This document shows, piece by piece, positions 39,530 through 51,685 of a stretch of DNA of 64,000 nt (its first letter is position 1; every line of letters begins with the position of its first letter). Under the pieces are notes generated by a model that made no database searches, was not told the DNA's origin, and saw nothing but the letters and a program-made list of their open reading frames with translations. The stretch is from Felis catus (lineage: Eukaryota): the NCBI RefSeq assembly GCF_018350175.1, contig NC_058368.1, positions 2,480,001-2,544,000 on the forward strand. Reading direction: 5' to 3'. The position numbers and the translations under genes were made by a program.

Positions 39530-41829
39530 AGAAAATACATGTGTGTACTCACACATACACATGCAGGGGTTGGAATGCTTTCAGACGCAAGACCCCCAGA
39601 TGACAATAAGTGTCCTGTGTCATTTGAATATAGCACACACCGTTTTCAATGATGTGACATTGGTTTTTCTGCCTTGGTGAAATTTGAGTCTAGATTGGTT
39701 GATTTTGCTAGATGTTTAAGTCTTTTAAAAAGAAGTGTGTCCTTGAGAAAATAGATGATTTTAAAGTCTCTTTTTAAGCATAGGATTGGGTTGAGCTTTT
39801 GAAACACCGTTCGTGGTTTAGATCAAGTTATTTACTGCCTCAGTTATCTTTGCCAGCACTTTTAAGTGCAAAGATACAAGGTATAAGGAAGCTTTTAAAC
39901 TTTTAAAACATAAAATGATGTTCTCCTTTGTCACCCCCTCAAATTTTTTTTTTTTTTCCACTTTTAGGTATATCGTGTGGATTTAATTAGGTCGGTCACA
40001 GTTGAACTCAATAAAACGCTTCTTGTGTGGAGGGCACAGTCTGACATCTAGTGGGTGGAGGGACTGGTTTATCACCATGGTCTCTAGGCTTTTTTGATCA
40101 CATATCACCACCCAAGCAATTTTTTTCGAGTCTGGGTCTCAACAGTGTATGTTAAATTATTTAAGGATTCTCTATATAAAACATAGTTCATATAGATTGT
40201 TATATTTTATAAAACCCGTATTATGGTAAACATGTGTAAAGGCTGTGACAAATGACTAAACTCAAACAGAGGCCACGTTTGTTCCCCTCTCCATCGACCG
40301 CCGTGCACGCCCCTGCAGTTTCGTGGTTGAGAAGGAGAGCGGTGGAGCTTTGTGTCCAGCACAGTGGCCTCTGTGTGTGTGGACCAGCCGAGCCTCATCT
40401 CCCCGTCTGGATTCTTTCGGGGGCTTCTTGCTCGTCTCTCCCCTCCTCCAGCTGCCTGCCTCTGTAGGCCCCGTCAGCAGCACGGGCTGCGGACAGAATG
40501 CGGGCTCTAGAACGTACCCCGAACGTAGGCCCGGTCATTATCAGTGACAGGACTCTCCGAAACGGTGGCCAGGGGGCAGAAAGTTGGAGAACCCCCTCTT
40601 GGCACGTTTTCTGGGAAGCCCACCGAGTGTGTGGCTGGGAGTAGACGTCCCACCTCCGCTGCCACGTGGCCGCAAAGCCACACAGCTGGCCGACAACCCC
40701 GGTCGTGGAACCCCAGCTAGAAGGGGAGGGCCCGAGGAAAGGCCTCCTCTCCCCCCACCGCCCCGTGCTTGGGGAACGCCCAGTTTCTCGTGTACAGAGT
40801 GCCTGCGGGCTTGGGAACTGCTCAGGGGAAAGCGTGGAAGGGAACGCTTTTGCATACTGTGATTTCCTTTCTGGAGAGCGGTCTCCAGGGGCTTCTGCAC
40901 ACCAAGCTTCTCCCCTCTCCGATCCATTCTCCACGCTCCTGGGAGAATTGCCCTTCAGAACTCGCAAGTGAATGTCAGCTGTCCACGTAGATCGGGTGCT
41001 TACCTTTGAAGGTGAATGCCTGCGTTCTTTGGCACAGCATTCAGGGTTCCACTTGGCCTGTACCTGCGCGTGGCGGGTAGGTGCTCGATAAACACTTGTC
41101 GGGCTGAAAAGAACTAAGCGTCGTGATTTATTTTGCTGCTCCGTTAAACACAGGGGTGTGGCCCTCGCTGTGTCTCTGCCCCTGTGGTCAGGTGTACTCA
41201 GGACTCTGCTGGAAGGGAGAACCCCCATCTTCCTGCTCCCACACCAAGCTGCACTGTGATGTGTCGTCCCTGGTGGGTCCCGCCCAAGGCGGGTATGGCT
41301 GAGGCCGGGAGAAGTTGGTAAGGTGGTTAAGAGCGTGGCAATCGCGGTCAGAAGACGTGGGCTCTCATTCTGTCTCTGCCACTCGCAAGGGCCCTTGTTC
41401 TCCTCGTCTGTGAAGCGAACAGCTTGACTTGGCTATCTGGAGTGTCTTTTCCTACTCTGGATCCCAAGGATGTGTGGTTCGGCTTTGTTGGGATTCACCC
41501 TTGGGTCTTATCTGCCTGACGCGTGATGTTCTCTGCGTACACAAAGTGTGTGTGCCGCGAGGTCTTTTTGTCCCTTACGTGTGGAGCTGGGAAGAAAGCT
41601 TTCTGGGAAGCCAGATGGTTTTCCCTTTGGCCTGTACCTGAGGCGGGAGAGGGGAATGGAAATTAGATCAGGGCTCCTCCGTGGCCGGGAATTACGTTTT
41701 CCATCGGGGTTGTGGTTACCATATCTGGTGTGGCCGTGGAAATCGGGAGTGACCGAAACATCCCATTTCATTGGGATGAGACTGGGAGAAGGAAAGAAGG
41801 GAAACTGGCAATGATTCTGTTATTAAATA

Positions 41830-41886
41830 CAGTTGGCCCTTGAACAACACACGTCTGAACTGTGCGGGTCCTCTGATAGGCAGGTT

Positions 41887-41934
<48 letters not shown>

Positions 41935-42157
41935 TAAATACAATAGAGTACTGTAAATGTACTTTCTCCTCCCTACCATGTTCTTCACATTGTCTTTTCG
42001 CTAGCTGACTTTATTGTAAGGATCTAGTATCCAAAATGTGTGTTAATTGCTTATGTTGCAGGTAAGGCTTCTAGGCAACAGTTGGCGATCAGTAGTGCAG
42101 CGGCACGCAGATTTTCCACCGCGCCGGGGGGCGGTTGACGGGGTCAAGGGTACACTA
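41830..42157 (+). mobile_element. Tigger2-derived non-autonomous element (Tigger2a-like) with an internal (ATTT)n
   Basis: TA|cagttggcccttgaacaacac...gaactgtgcgggtcc start and degenerate tcaagggtacact end; (ATTT)n at about 41888-41932. Confidence 0.8.
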
Positions 42158-43013
42158 CAAATCGTAGCTTAAAGACTTTTTGCCTGAATGAGGTTGTGTG
42201 TTACTATGAAAGAAGGCTAAGAGGAGATGTGGGGAAATAGCAGACTTCCCCTCGCGAAAAGTACATGAATGTGTAGATGCAGCAAAAATTAATTTACAAC
42301 GTGTTTTGGGGTAACTTGTCTCTTTTCGTCTCTGTAATTCTTTTGTTTTCAAGTTTATGTTGGGAATGTATCTCAAAGGCCAGAGGTGAACAGAGTCGTA
42401 TTTCTTTAGAAAAATGCACAGGATTCTGCTATCCTCGTAGAACGTGGCAGTAGGAGAAAGGATATTGGTAGTGTGTATCACGATATGATTTAAGGACAAC
42501 CTGACCTGAATAATTCCGCCTCTGGGTTGGGGTCTGACTCTGGCATTCATGGGTTAATTCACCCATGTGTCAATCCTTTGTTTGCTCATTCATTTACAAA
42601 CACTTATATGCGCAGTACAGCTAATTCTGTGCTAAATGCATAACAGCGCAGCAAAGAGCTCAGACTCTGGTAGGAGAAAGGTACTTGTAATCATTCAGTG
42701 CCGTGTGAAATGTACTATATTAGAAAAACACACAAATATCTTGGGGGGGAGTCCGAAAGAGTGCATAATAACTGCTCAGGGAAACTGGGTGATAACATTG
42801 AAACTGGATCTTAAGGCATGAATAGGAGTCTCAGAAAAGGAAGAGCAGACAAGTTAGGGCACGTGAGCTTTCAAATGTAAAGAGTAGGGTATCTGCCCGA
42901 GTCATAGAGAAGGTGTCAGATCTCACACACACACGCACACGCACGCACACACGTGCACGCACACTTGCTTGGCCAGAGGATTATGGTATTAGAGTATTAC
43001 ATTTGTCACTTTT

Positions 43014-43235
43014 TTTTTTTTAATTTTTTTTTCAACGTTTATTTATTTTTGGGACAGAGAGAGACAGAGCATGAACGGGGGAGGGGCAGAGAGAGAGGGA
43101 GACACAGAATCGGAAACAGGCTCCAGGCTCCGAGCCATCAGCCCAGAGCCCGACGCGGGGCTCGAACTCCCGGACCGCGAGATCGTGACCTGGCTGAAGT
43201 CGGACGCTTAACCGACTGCGCCACCCAGGCACCCC
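43014..43235 (-). mobile_element. Young felid CanSINE subfamily
   Basis: TSD TACRTTTGTCACTTTT (42998, 43236). Confidence 0.96.
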
Positions 43236-43427
43236 TACGTTTGTCACTTTTGTTCTTATCAAAGAGACCAGAAGTAAGGCTCAGATAGTTACTTTTAGAG
43301 TCTTAATCTAACTTATCTGAATATTATCAAGATTCTTTAATCATTAAGAAAAATTGACTATAATAAATATCTCTTTAAAAAAGAATGCCGTGGAAAAAAT
43401 TAATCTCTTTCAAGAAGTTTGCATTTA

Positions 43428-43542
43428 GGGGTGCCTGGCTGGCTCAGTCAGAGGAACATGTGAAGACTCTTGATCTTGGGGTTGTGAGTTTGAGCCCCAT
43501 GTTGGGTGCAGAGTTACTTAAAAATAAAATCTTAAAAAAAAA
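43428..43542 (+). mobile_element. Older short CanSINE
   Basis: ggggtgcctggctggctcagtc...gactcttgatcttggggttgtgagtt; TSD AAGTTTGCATTTA/AAGCTTGCATTTA. Confidence 0.88.
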
Positions 43543-43598
43543 AAGCTTGCATTTAATGAAAGATACTTTACCATTTCATTAAAAAAGGTAGCACAGTA

Positions 43599-43810
43599 GG
43601 AGCGCCCGGGTGGCTCAGTCAGTTAAGCGTCTGACTTTGGCTCAGGTCATAATCTCACAATTTGTGGGTTCAAGCCCCGCATCGGGCTCTGTGCTGACAC
43701 CTCGGAGTCTGGAGCCTGTTTTGGATTCTGTGTCTCCCCCCGCCCCCTCTTTTTCTCTCCCCTGCTCATGCTCTCTCTCTCTCTCAAAAATAAATAAATA
43801 TTAAAAAAAA
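43599..43810 (+). mobile_element. CanSINE (felid SINEC)
   Basis: SINEC body; TSD AAAAAAGGTA(G)CACAGT. Confidence 0.93.
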
Positions 43811-46250
43811 AAAAGGTACACAGTCACTAAAATCGCAATGATAAAATAGAGCATAGAATCTGTAAACGTGATACAGAAGGATGATGTGCAGATATCAGGT
43901 TTGTATCCCTTCTGTAACACTTACTTTATTCCGTCCAGAACTTTAATTCCTGTTGGTCTTTTCCACTAGATTCAGTTCCTAGGAGTCAGATTCTCTTTCT
44001 CATCTTTCCGTTTCTTGAGGGCCCAGCAGTACATGTTATGTGCAGTTGGCATATGGTCAATGTTTGTTGACTCAACTACTCAGCCTGTCACGACCTGCAC
44101 ACATGCAGAGCCTTGCTGTACTTGAGCACTGTGTGTCGATGGCATTACCTTGTGTGTAGTTGCCTACAGAGACAACCTACAGAGCTCTGTGTTTCCTTAT
44201 TGAGAGACCCAGGCCTTGTAGATGGCAGAGGGACTCTTGCAGCCTTCAGACCCGTGCGTCGGAACCCGACCATCATCTTGATGGAGATGCTTATGAAACA
44301 CGTGTTTCCTAGAAGATTTTGGTTGTTAGGTTTCCGGAGACAACGTTGGGACCTGGTTTATATGAATCCATGTAGTAAGAAGGTGTGATGGATTTTTGAC
44401 CATGTTTCCTACACACATAAACTTAAGAAGAAAACACATTAGTCGAAGCAGTTGTCTCTACTGGCCAGAGGTACGTAGGTCAAAAATTATCCCTTGCCAG
44501 GTGTTTCCATGGTGTGGGGTGGAGGAGGAGAGACCCCGTAGATCCACCTGTCCCCAAAGGAAGGAATATATCAGCTTCTTTAAGAGGAAAAAAATAAAGT
44601 ATCTCAGATCCTTAGAACCCCGTACTGATTTCAATTATTGTTACTATGTCGTTTGAATACATACCAACGTGAACTTCTTATACTTCTCTGGCAGTTCCAA
44701 TTCAAAGCATATTAATGTGAAAGTTCACACGAAACTCTAAGACCGGTAAAATCCATGTGGGCACAGTTGCGTTGATGTGATGGAAGATGTCACCTGCCGT
44801 AGGCTAAGAGGTGCTTCACTGTCAGTGTGGCCCTAGTGCTCTTTGGAGCTCTGCACACCTTGGAGCACCTTGGGAAGACGGCTGCCCCCCCGCCACCCCC
44901 CGAGTCTTCCTGTTCCAATTACTGGGACGCCACATGATGTCATCTGGTCTTTGCTGATGTGCCCAGTCTGTCCTTTCTTTTCCTGTTGGCCCTGATGATG
45001 GGGGTAGCACTCGGTAGTGCTGTTTAGCACAGGTACGTCCTTGGGTGGCAGCGTGTGCTTACAGGTGGTCCTCCGGAGGGTCTCGAATGGCCTCGCCACG
45101 ATCCCTTTGCTTTGTCACGACGTGAAAAGACAAAGTGAAGACGTTCTGGCAGAAAACTCACAGTCCCGCAGATGAGGCCCTGGTGCTCCAGGGGTCGGCA
45201 CACGCCAGCTTTGAAAACAGCACAGGAGGTGTGAGGTCCTACAAGGAGGGTCGGCGGCAGGCCCGAGAGGCAACTTCGTGGAGGCCTTCTTGTCTCCAGT
45301 AGGCATTCCGCATTGGCACTTGTGAGCAACTTGTGAACAGGCCGAATACACTCGCGTGCGCATGGAACGGGAAACCATACCAAACGGCAAGGCCCCGCTA
45401 GACTTCGCGATTTGTCCCTGTGGTTTGTCAGTTCCACTTACTTTGATGGTAGATGTTCAGGCATGTCCTGTAGAAGGTCTCCAAGGAATGTAGTTCACAT
45501 AAAGGAAATGAAAAGGGTCATTTGTTTCGTAATCTCCCTGATAGCGGGTATGCTCTGGAAGTAGGTGGTTTTAAGCAGATGTTTTGGGTAATAGAGCCTT
45601 GCCTTCGCTGTGTGTGCACGCTGCCAGTTTTCAAAGGATCAAGGAGTAATTCTCTGAGGACAAAGAGGGCGGCTCCTCAGAAGAGCATCGTATCCTGCAT
45701 TCTTCGATTTAGTTCATACACTGTCCTTGTATTGGGGGTGGAGAGAGTGAGAGTTTAGTGGCTTAGTGGTTTACTCAAGGTCACATGGAGAGTGACAGAC
45801 AATTATGATTGGAACGTAGGTGAATTAATAGACTTTGTTCGATACCTATGCATAAGAGCGGCCATCCATTTTTGTGAATAAAAAATAATTTTACCAGAAG
45901 TAACCATGTATTAAGAGAAGGATTTTAGTATTTCCTCTGCAGATATGATTTTGGAACAATTTTGTTTTCTCTCTAGCAGCCTAGTTTTTATTTTGTGGTT
46001 GGTTTGTTTCTTTAGCATCTATACTGATGGCCAGTAGTTAGTGGAAGATCATTTTAAAAATGTGTCTCTATTTATTTAATTTTACTTTAGCGTTTGTTGT
46101 TCAGCGGAGTAGCTGTACTGATTTCCTGAAATACTGAGACATGTTTAAAACATCCCATGTCAGTAATGACCAAAGTCACAGAGCATAGGTCTGGAGATGT
46201 TACAGGTTTTGGAAAGGATTTGGTTTTAGTCATTAATAGCTCAGTAGATT

Positions 46251-46278
46251 AAAAAAAATTTATAATGCTCATTTATTT

Positions 46279-46321
<43 letters not shown>

Positions 46322-46471
46322 GCAGGGGAGGGGCAGAGAGAGAGGCAGACACAGAATCGGAAGCAGGTTCTGGGCTCTGAGCTGTCAGCCCAGAGCCCGA
46401 CGCGGGGCTTGAACTCATGAACCACGAGATCATGGCCCGAGCCAGAGTCAACTGAGCCACCCAGGCGTCCC
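46251..46471 (-). mobile_element. CanSINE (felid SINEC) with expanded (GA)n
   Basis: 16-bp TSD AATAGCTYAGTAGATT (46235, 46472). Confidence 0.94.
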
Positions 46472-46924
46472 AATAGCTTAGTAGATTGCTCTCATCTTCT
46501 CTGGAGGAGGATGGCTCTGGGTACCAGGCAACATGTGCAGGAATGGTCTTTGTTCAGGCTCAGGAGTTGCAGAGTAGAATCCTCCTCATGACAGGTGCAG
46601 ACTTCACATAAGATCCCCTCTGTGTCCTGCCCTTGGTTTTACTCCCATTCCCTGCTCTAAACTGCTCCCTTTTCTGAAGCCCCACTGCCTAGTGCCTGCC
46701 AGAAAAGTCTGATGAGGAAAGCTTGAGAGAGTGAGTGGCTGTTTCTTGGGGTAGAGCCCCCACTGGCCCCTCGTTCTTCGAAGTCCTTTCATAAAGGGTA
46801 AGGCAGGGACTCGGTTACTTTGGTTTCCCGTGGAACTGCCAGTACTTAAAACAGTGTCTTGCTTGTGGTTGACACTTAATACATGTTGAAAGTAAGACTG
46901 TGTTGTCAGTGGGACCCCAAATCA

Positions 46925-46945
46925 CCCCTTTCTTTCTCCTCTTTT

Positions 46946-46999
<54 letters not shown>

Positions 47000-47656
47000 T
47001 TCCTTCCTTCCTTCCTTCCTTCCTTCCTTCCTTCCTTCCTTCCTTCCTTCCTCCTTCCTTCCTTCCTCCTTCCTTCTTCCTTCCTTCCTTCCTTCCTTCC
47101 TTCCTTCCTTCCTTCCTTCCTTCTTCCTCCTTCCTTCCTTCCTTCATTCTTCCTTCCTTCCTTCCTTCCTTCCTTCCTTCCTTCCTTCCTTCCTTCCTTC
47201 CCTCCCTCCTTCCTTCCTTCCTTCCTCCCTTCCTCCCTCCTTCCTTCCTTCTTCCTTCCTTCCTTCCTTCCTTCCTTCCTTCCTTCCTTCCTTCCCTCCC
47301 TCCTTCCTTCCTTCCTTCCTTCCTTCCTTCCCTCCTTCCTTCCTTCCTTCCTTCCTCCTTCCTTCTTCCTTCCTTCCTTCCTTCCTTCCTTCCTTCCTTC
47401 CTCCCTCCCTCCCTCCCTCCCTCCTCCCTCCCTCCCTCCTTCCTTCCTTCCTTCCTTCCTTCCTTCCCTCCTCCTTCCTCCCTCCCTCCCTCCTTCCTCC
47501 TTCCTTCCTTCCTTCCTTCCTCCCTTCTTCTTTCCTTCCTTCCTTCCTTCCTTCCTTCCTTCCTTCCTTCCTTCCTCCTTCCTCCTTCCTCCTTCCTTCC
47601 TTCCTCCCTTCCTCCCTTCCTCCCTTCCTTCCTTCCTCCCTCCCTCCCTCCCTCCC

Positions 47657-47732
<76 letters not shown>

Positions 47733-47734
47733 TC
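46925..47734. repeat. 810-bp compound polypyrimidine repeat (TTTC)n-(TTCC/CCCT)n-(TTTC)n
   Basis: Read directly; only one purine (A at 47146) seen on the + strand. Confidence 0.98.
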
Positions 47735-48369
47735 AGCATCCAAATTATAAATAGGTATTTAAGATTAGAAGGACTGATGTACAGATCAGAGTGGCTCCTG
47801 ACCATCTTGTGTAGAAGGTTCCCATTTGGATAAAAAGTGTTAGGGAGCCCCACAGGATAGGAATTGTACTGGTGTCTTTGGATTTCAAAAATACATTCTG
47901 ACGAAAGCCTCTGCGAATTCCTGAACATTTTAAAATGAATTTGTTACAGAGCAGTTCATATATTCATTGGAAAAGAGCAGTGTATCTGTGCAATGGATAT
48001 TTCGCTCACCCATTTTGCACACTGACAATGCTGACCTCTGGTCTTGAGGTCCTGAGCCTCCCTGTGCCTGGGAAATCTGGTTAATTTGTAAACTGGGGAG
48101 TGTGAGGACCACCAAGAGAAAGCAACACCGGGGACAGCAAAGGTCCCAACTGACTGCCTCCGACACATCCGCCCGCTGCTGCTTCTGCTCCTAACCTGCC
48201 TGGAACTCTCCCTTACCCCGTGCTGTGTCTCGCCCCTCCACCATCAGCTCTCAGTTCAGAATAGACTGTTGGTCACAGAGAACCTGAACGGCTCCTGCCT
48301 GGAGCCTGTGTCGTGGACAGGATCTGAATTGCACAGCCCCCCTGCTTCTCTTTAGAGTGCATCAGTCTT

Positions 48370-48627
48370 GGGGTGCCTGGGTGGCTCAGTCGGTTAAGCG
48401 TCCGACTTCGGCTCAGGTCATGATGTCACAGTCTGTGAGTTCGAGCCCTGCGTCGGGCTCTGTGCTGACGGCTCAGAGCCTGGAGCCTGTTCAGATTCTA
48501 TGTCTCTCTTTCTCTCTCCACCCTTCCCCCACTGGTGCTCTGTCTCTGTCTCTCAAAAATAAATAAATGTTAAAAATAAATAAGTAAGTAAGTAAGTAAG
48601 CAAATAAATTAGTAAGTAAGTAAGTAA
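48370..48627 (+). mobile_element. CanSINE (felid SINEC) with (TAAG)n tail
   Basis: TSD AGTGCATCAGTCT (48356, 48628). Confidence 0.94.
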
Positions 48628-48864
48628 AGTGCATCAGTCTCCCCCAGTTCCTTGAATTAGTGATGCTGGACAAGCCGATCAGAGTTGGGAAGGGCTGTTG
48701 GGTCAGTCTTGCTCATTCCTGCTTCCACTCCCTCGTTCGCTCACTCACTCACACCCTCGCCTGCTCACACCTTCACCGGCTCACACCCTCAGTCTTGCCC
48801 GCTTGCTTTCACAAAGCCAACAAACGTCACTGACACCACCTCCCCCTGATACCTGCTGGGAACA

Positions 48865-49215
48865 CGGTTGATCCTCATGACCTGCAGATTGTACATTTGC
48901 CGGTTCGTCTACTTCCTGCATTTGCTTGGAACCCTAACATCATTCCCGCTGGCTCTTCCGTGGTCATTTGCAGACATTCACGGAGAAGCGAAAGGGAGTT
49001 GCCCGATGGGCACATTTCCAGCTGGGGCCCACCAGGTGACGCTCCGCCTTCTTGTGTCAGCTCATCCTGAAAACAGGTGTCCTTTTGGGCATCTGTTTAG
49101 CGCCACGTTTTTCCTTTTTGTGTTTTTTGTTGGTGATTTTATGGGTTAAAATGCCCCCCAAGCTAGTGCTGAAGTGCTGTGTGGTATTTCTAGTGTTTAA
49201 AATGTTTTAACGTTT

Positions 49216-49263
<48 letters not shown>

Positions 49264-49735
49264 CATGAGCGGGGGAGGGGCAGAGAGAGAGACAGAGAAC
49301 GTGAAGCAGGCTCCAGGCTCCGAGCCGTCAGCACAGAGCCCGATGTGGGGCTTGAACCCACGAACCGTGAGATCATGACCTGAGCCGAAGTCGGACGCTG
49401 AACCGACTGAGCCACCCAGGCGACCCCGTCCGGTATTTCTAAATGTGAGATGGCTGTGACGGGTTAGGGAGCAAACCACATAAGTTGGATAGTTTTGTTC
49501 GGGCCTGAACTCTCGTGCTGTGAGTTTATTGTTAACGAATCTACAACATTAACTTAAACAGAAACCCACAAAAAACCAAGATCGCATATTGATGGTCTGA
49601 CAGAAGTGCTATGACCGGAGGCTTACAGGAACCTGACCCTGTATTTCTCTTGGGAGCAGTGCTTCAGTATTCACCCCTTCAGCGTCCACGGCGGCTTTAG
49701 GGAACAGCGCTGCCACGAATGATGAGAGCCGACTG
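48865..49735 (+). mobile_element. MER82 (TcMar-Tigger), interrupted by a CanSINE
   Basis: Termini cggttgatcctcat / atgagagccgactg|TA; internal ttttttgttggtgattt...aaaatgcccccaag...tagtgctgaagtgctg. Confidence 0.8.
49193..49427 (-). mobile_element. CanSINE (felid SINEC) nested in MER82
   Basis: TSD GGTATTTCTA on both sides; expanded (GA)n. Confidence 0.94.
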
Positions 49736-50567
49736 TACGTACGAATGCAAATGCTACTTTCTCTTGTGGGTGAACTTGGAACTGGCTCGAGAACTTGCAG
49801 CTTCCTGGGGGGGGGGGCAGATACACCAACCAAGAATTATAATTTGGTCTGATACACGTTATCACAGAATTACGTGCAAAAAGGGCTCGGAGAGCTTAGA
49901 GGAGAGAGCTCAGTTCTAGGGTAGGAGAGGAGGTCAGGATTATTCACGGAGGACGAAGAGGACAATAGGCAGGTGTCCTGAGGGGAGGGAGGCTTGTGCG
50001 AAGGCAGCTTTGCTGCAGGGTTTGGAAACGTGGTGGCTGGTGGATGTGTGCTAATTCTGTTATCTTTGCGCCTGACCCCCCCCCCCCCCCCGCCCATGGT
50101 GTGGTCCGGCCCGTTTCTGCCGTTTCTCCCAGCTGCTGCCAATGCTACACTGCTGGCATTTGGAGGGTCTTCCCCTGTCATCATCGTCAGCCATGGCCTG
50201 GCAGGTGCTCCGCGGCCTCACAAAGAAAGCTGGCCACCCTGGAGCCAAGTGGCAGCCGCTGGCCCGACAGCAGGTCCAGCAGGGGCCCGGCCACCTCGTC
50301 CCTCCTGCCTCCCTCATGCCCGGGACTGACTTGTCCTTGTGCACAGACATCACTTCTCAGTCTGTTGACCTGGTACACCTCAGCAGCCTCCCAACAGGCA
50401 GCCGAGAAAAATGTCTGCATTCCTGACACCCCTAAGGGGAGCAGAGGGCTCCCCTAAGGATTGACAGGTTATGGTGTTAAGTGGGAGAGACCTACGAGCT
50501 GTGTTCCCTCATCCTCTGTATAAATGCTTAAAATCCTGACCTAAGTTGATCTCCTCTTTCCCTATTC

Positions 50568-50568
<1 letters not shown>

Positions 50569-50608
<40 letters not shown>
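50569..50608. repeat. (TG)20 microsatellite
   Basis: Read directly. Confidence 0.97.
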
Positions 50609-50609
<1 letters not shown>

Positions 50610-51049
50610 TAATTCATTGAAATCTCCATCGTGATTTGCTTTTGCTTTTGCTTTGTAATGAAATGCTCAAAGCTCAATGCAGTATTCTAAGAACAGACTT
50701 GCCAAGGTCATGCCAAAGACATCCCTCTCCCCGTGGTGCACGGTGTGATTGCTTTGCTCTAGCATGGCGTGATCTTTGCCCATTTAGCAGCCGCGATGCA
50801 CTCTGTGTCCTCACATAAATGCTGTCCACTCTCAGCTCTAGGTCTCATCCCTCCCTCCTCCTTGCATACGAATTGCTGTGTTCCGGGTAGTTTTCTCTTG
50901 GCTGTGTTCACTTGGCTTGCGTTCCTTTTCTTTCTGCATCTTTCAAGTTGGTCTTCTGTTTGCGATGTTTTGATGGAATAGTTAAGCCTGTGCTTGCATT
51001 TGGAACAGTTTGAACTTGGAGGTAAGACAGAGAGTAGTGGAAACACGAG

Positions 51050-51250
51050 GCTTCGCATCCCAGCTCTGTGGCTCCCCGGCTGTGTGACCTCGGGCAGTCT
51101 ACTCAAACTTGCTGAGCTGTAACTGTGAAACGGGGCTAATGACAGCCACATCACAGCATTGCTGTGAGGATTAGAGGAGATGAAGCCTATGAAACAGCCC
51201 GCACACTGCTTGGCTCGCTGTGGCTCGTTAGCACAGGCTTGCTCCCTTAG
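51050..51250 (+). mobile_element. MIR
   Basis: atcccagctctg...gctgtgtgacctcgggcag...tgtgaggatta. Confidence 0.75.
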
Positions 51251-51464
51251 CATTCTTCACGGATGAGTGTGGCAGCGCTTCTGGAAGGCCGCCTTGGTGC
51301 AGCCTCTCATATTCCTTCCGGGGTGGGAGATGCACAGAAAGTGTGTTTCTTTCACATCTGGATTCTGGAATGACGATTTATGATATAATCTATGAAAATA
51401 CAGATTTCCTCCACATCAAAATGTGGCATCCCTTGAATTATACTTGAAAGTGTTAACCGTGCTC

Positions 51465-51685
51465 AGGGAGCCTGGGTGGCTCAGTGGGTTGAGCATCCGA
51501 CTTCAGCTCAGGTCATGATCTCAGTTTGTGAGTTCAAGCCCCACGTCAGGCTCTGTGCTGACAGCTCAGAGCCTGGAGCCTGTTTCAGATTCTGTGTCTC
51601 CCTCTCTGCCCCTCCCCTGCTCGTGCTCTGTCTCTCTCTCTCTCTGTCTCTCTCAATAATAAATAAACATTAAAAAATTTTTAAT
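51465..51685 (+). mobile_element. CanSINE (felid SINEC)
   Basis: Perfect 17-bp TSD AAAGTGTTAACCGTGCT (51447, 51686). Confidence 0.95.

Noticed and set aside
40395..41228. 277-aa minus-strand ORF in intron 2
   Set aside because: GC-rich, no recognisable homology or domain, and overlapped by similar ORFs in other frames.
45775..45783. TCAAGGTCA nuclear receptor site
   Set aside because: Lies in a MIR-like remnant whose consensus contains CAAGGTCAC, so it is not informative.
46883..47928. Long ORFs (199-340 aa) rich in PSF/L or KEGR
   Set aside because: Translations of the (TTCC)n/(TTTC)n repeat, which lacks stop codons by composition.
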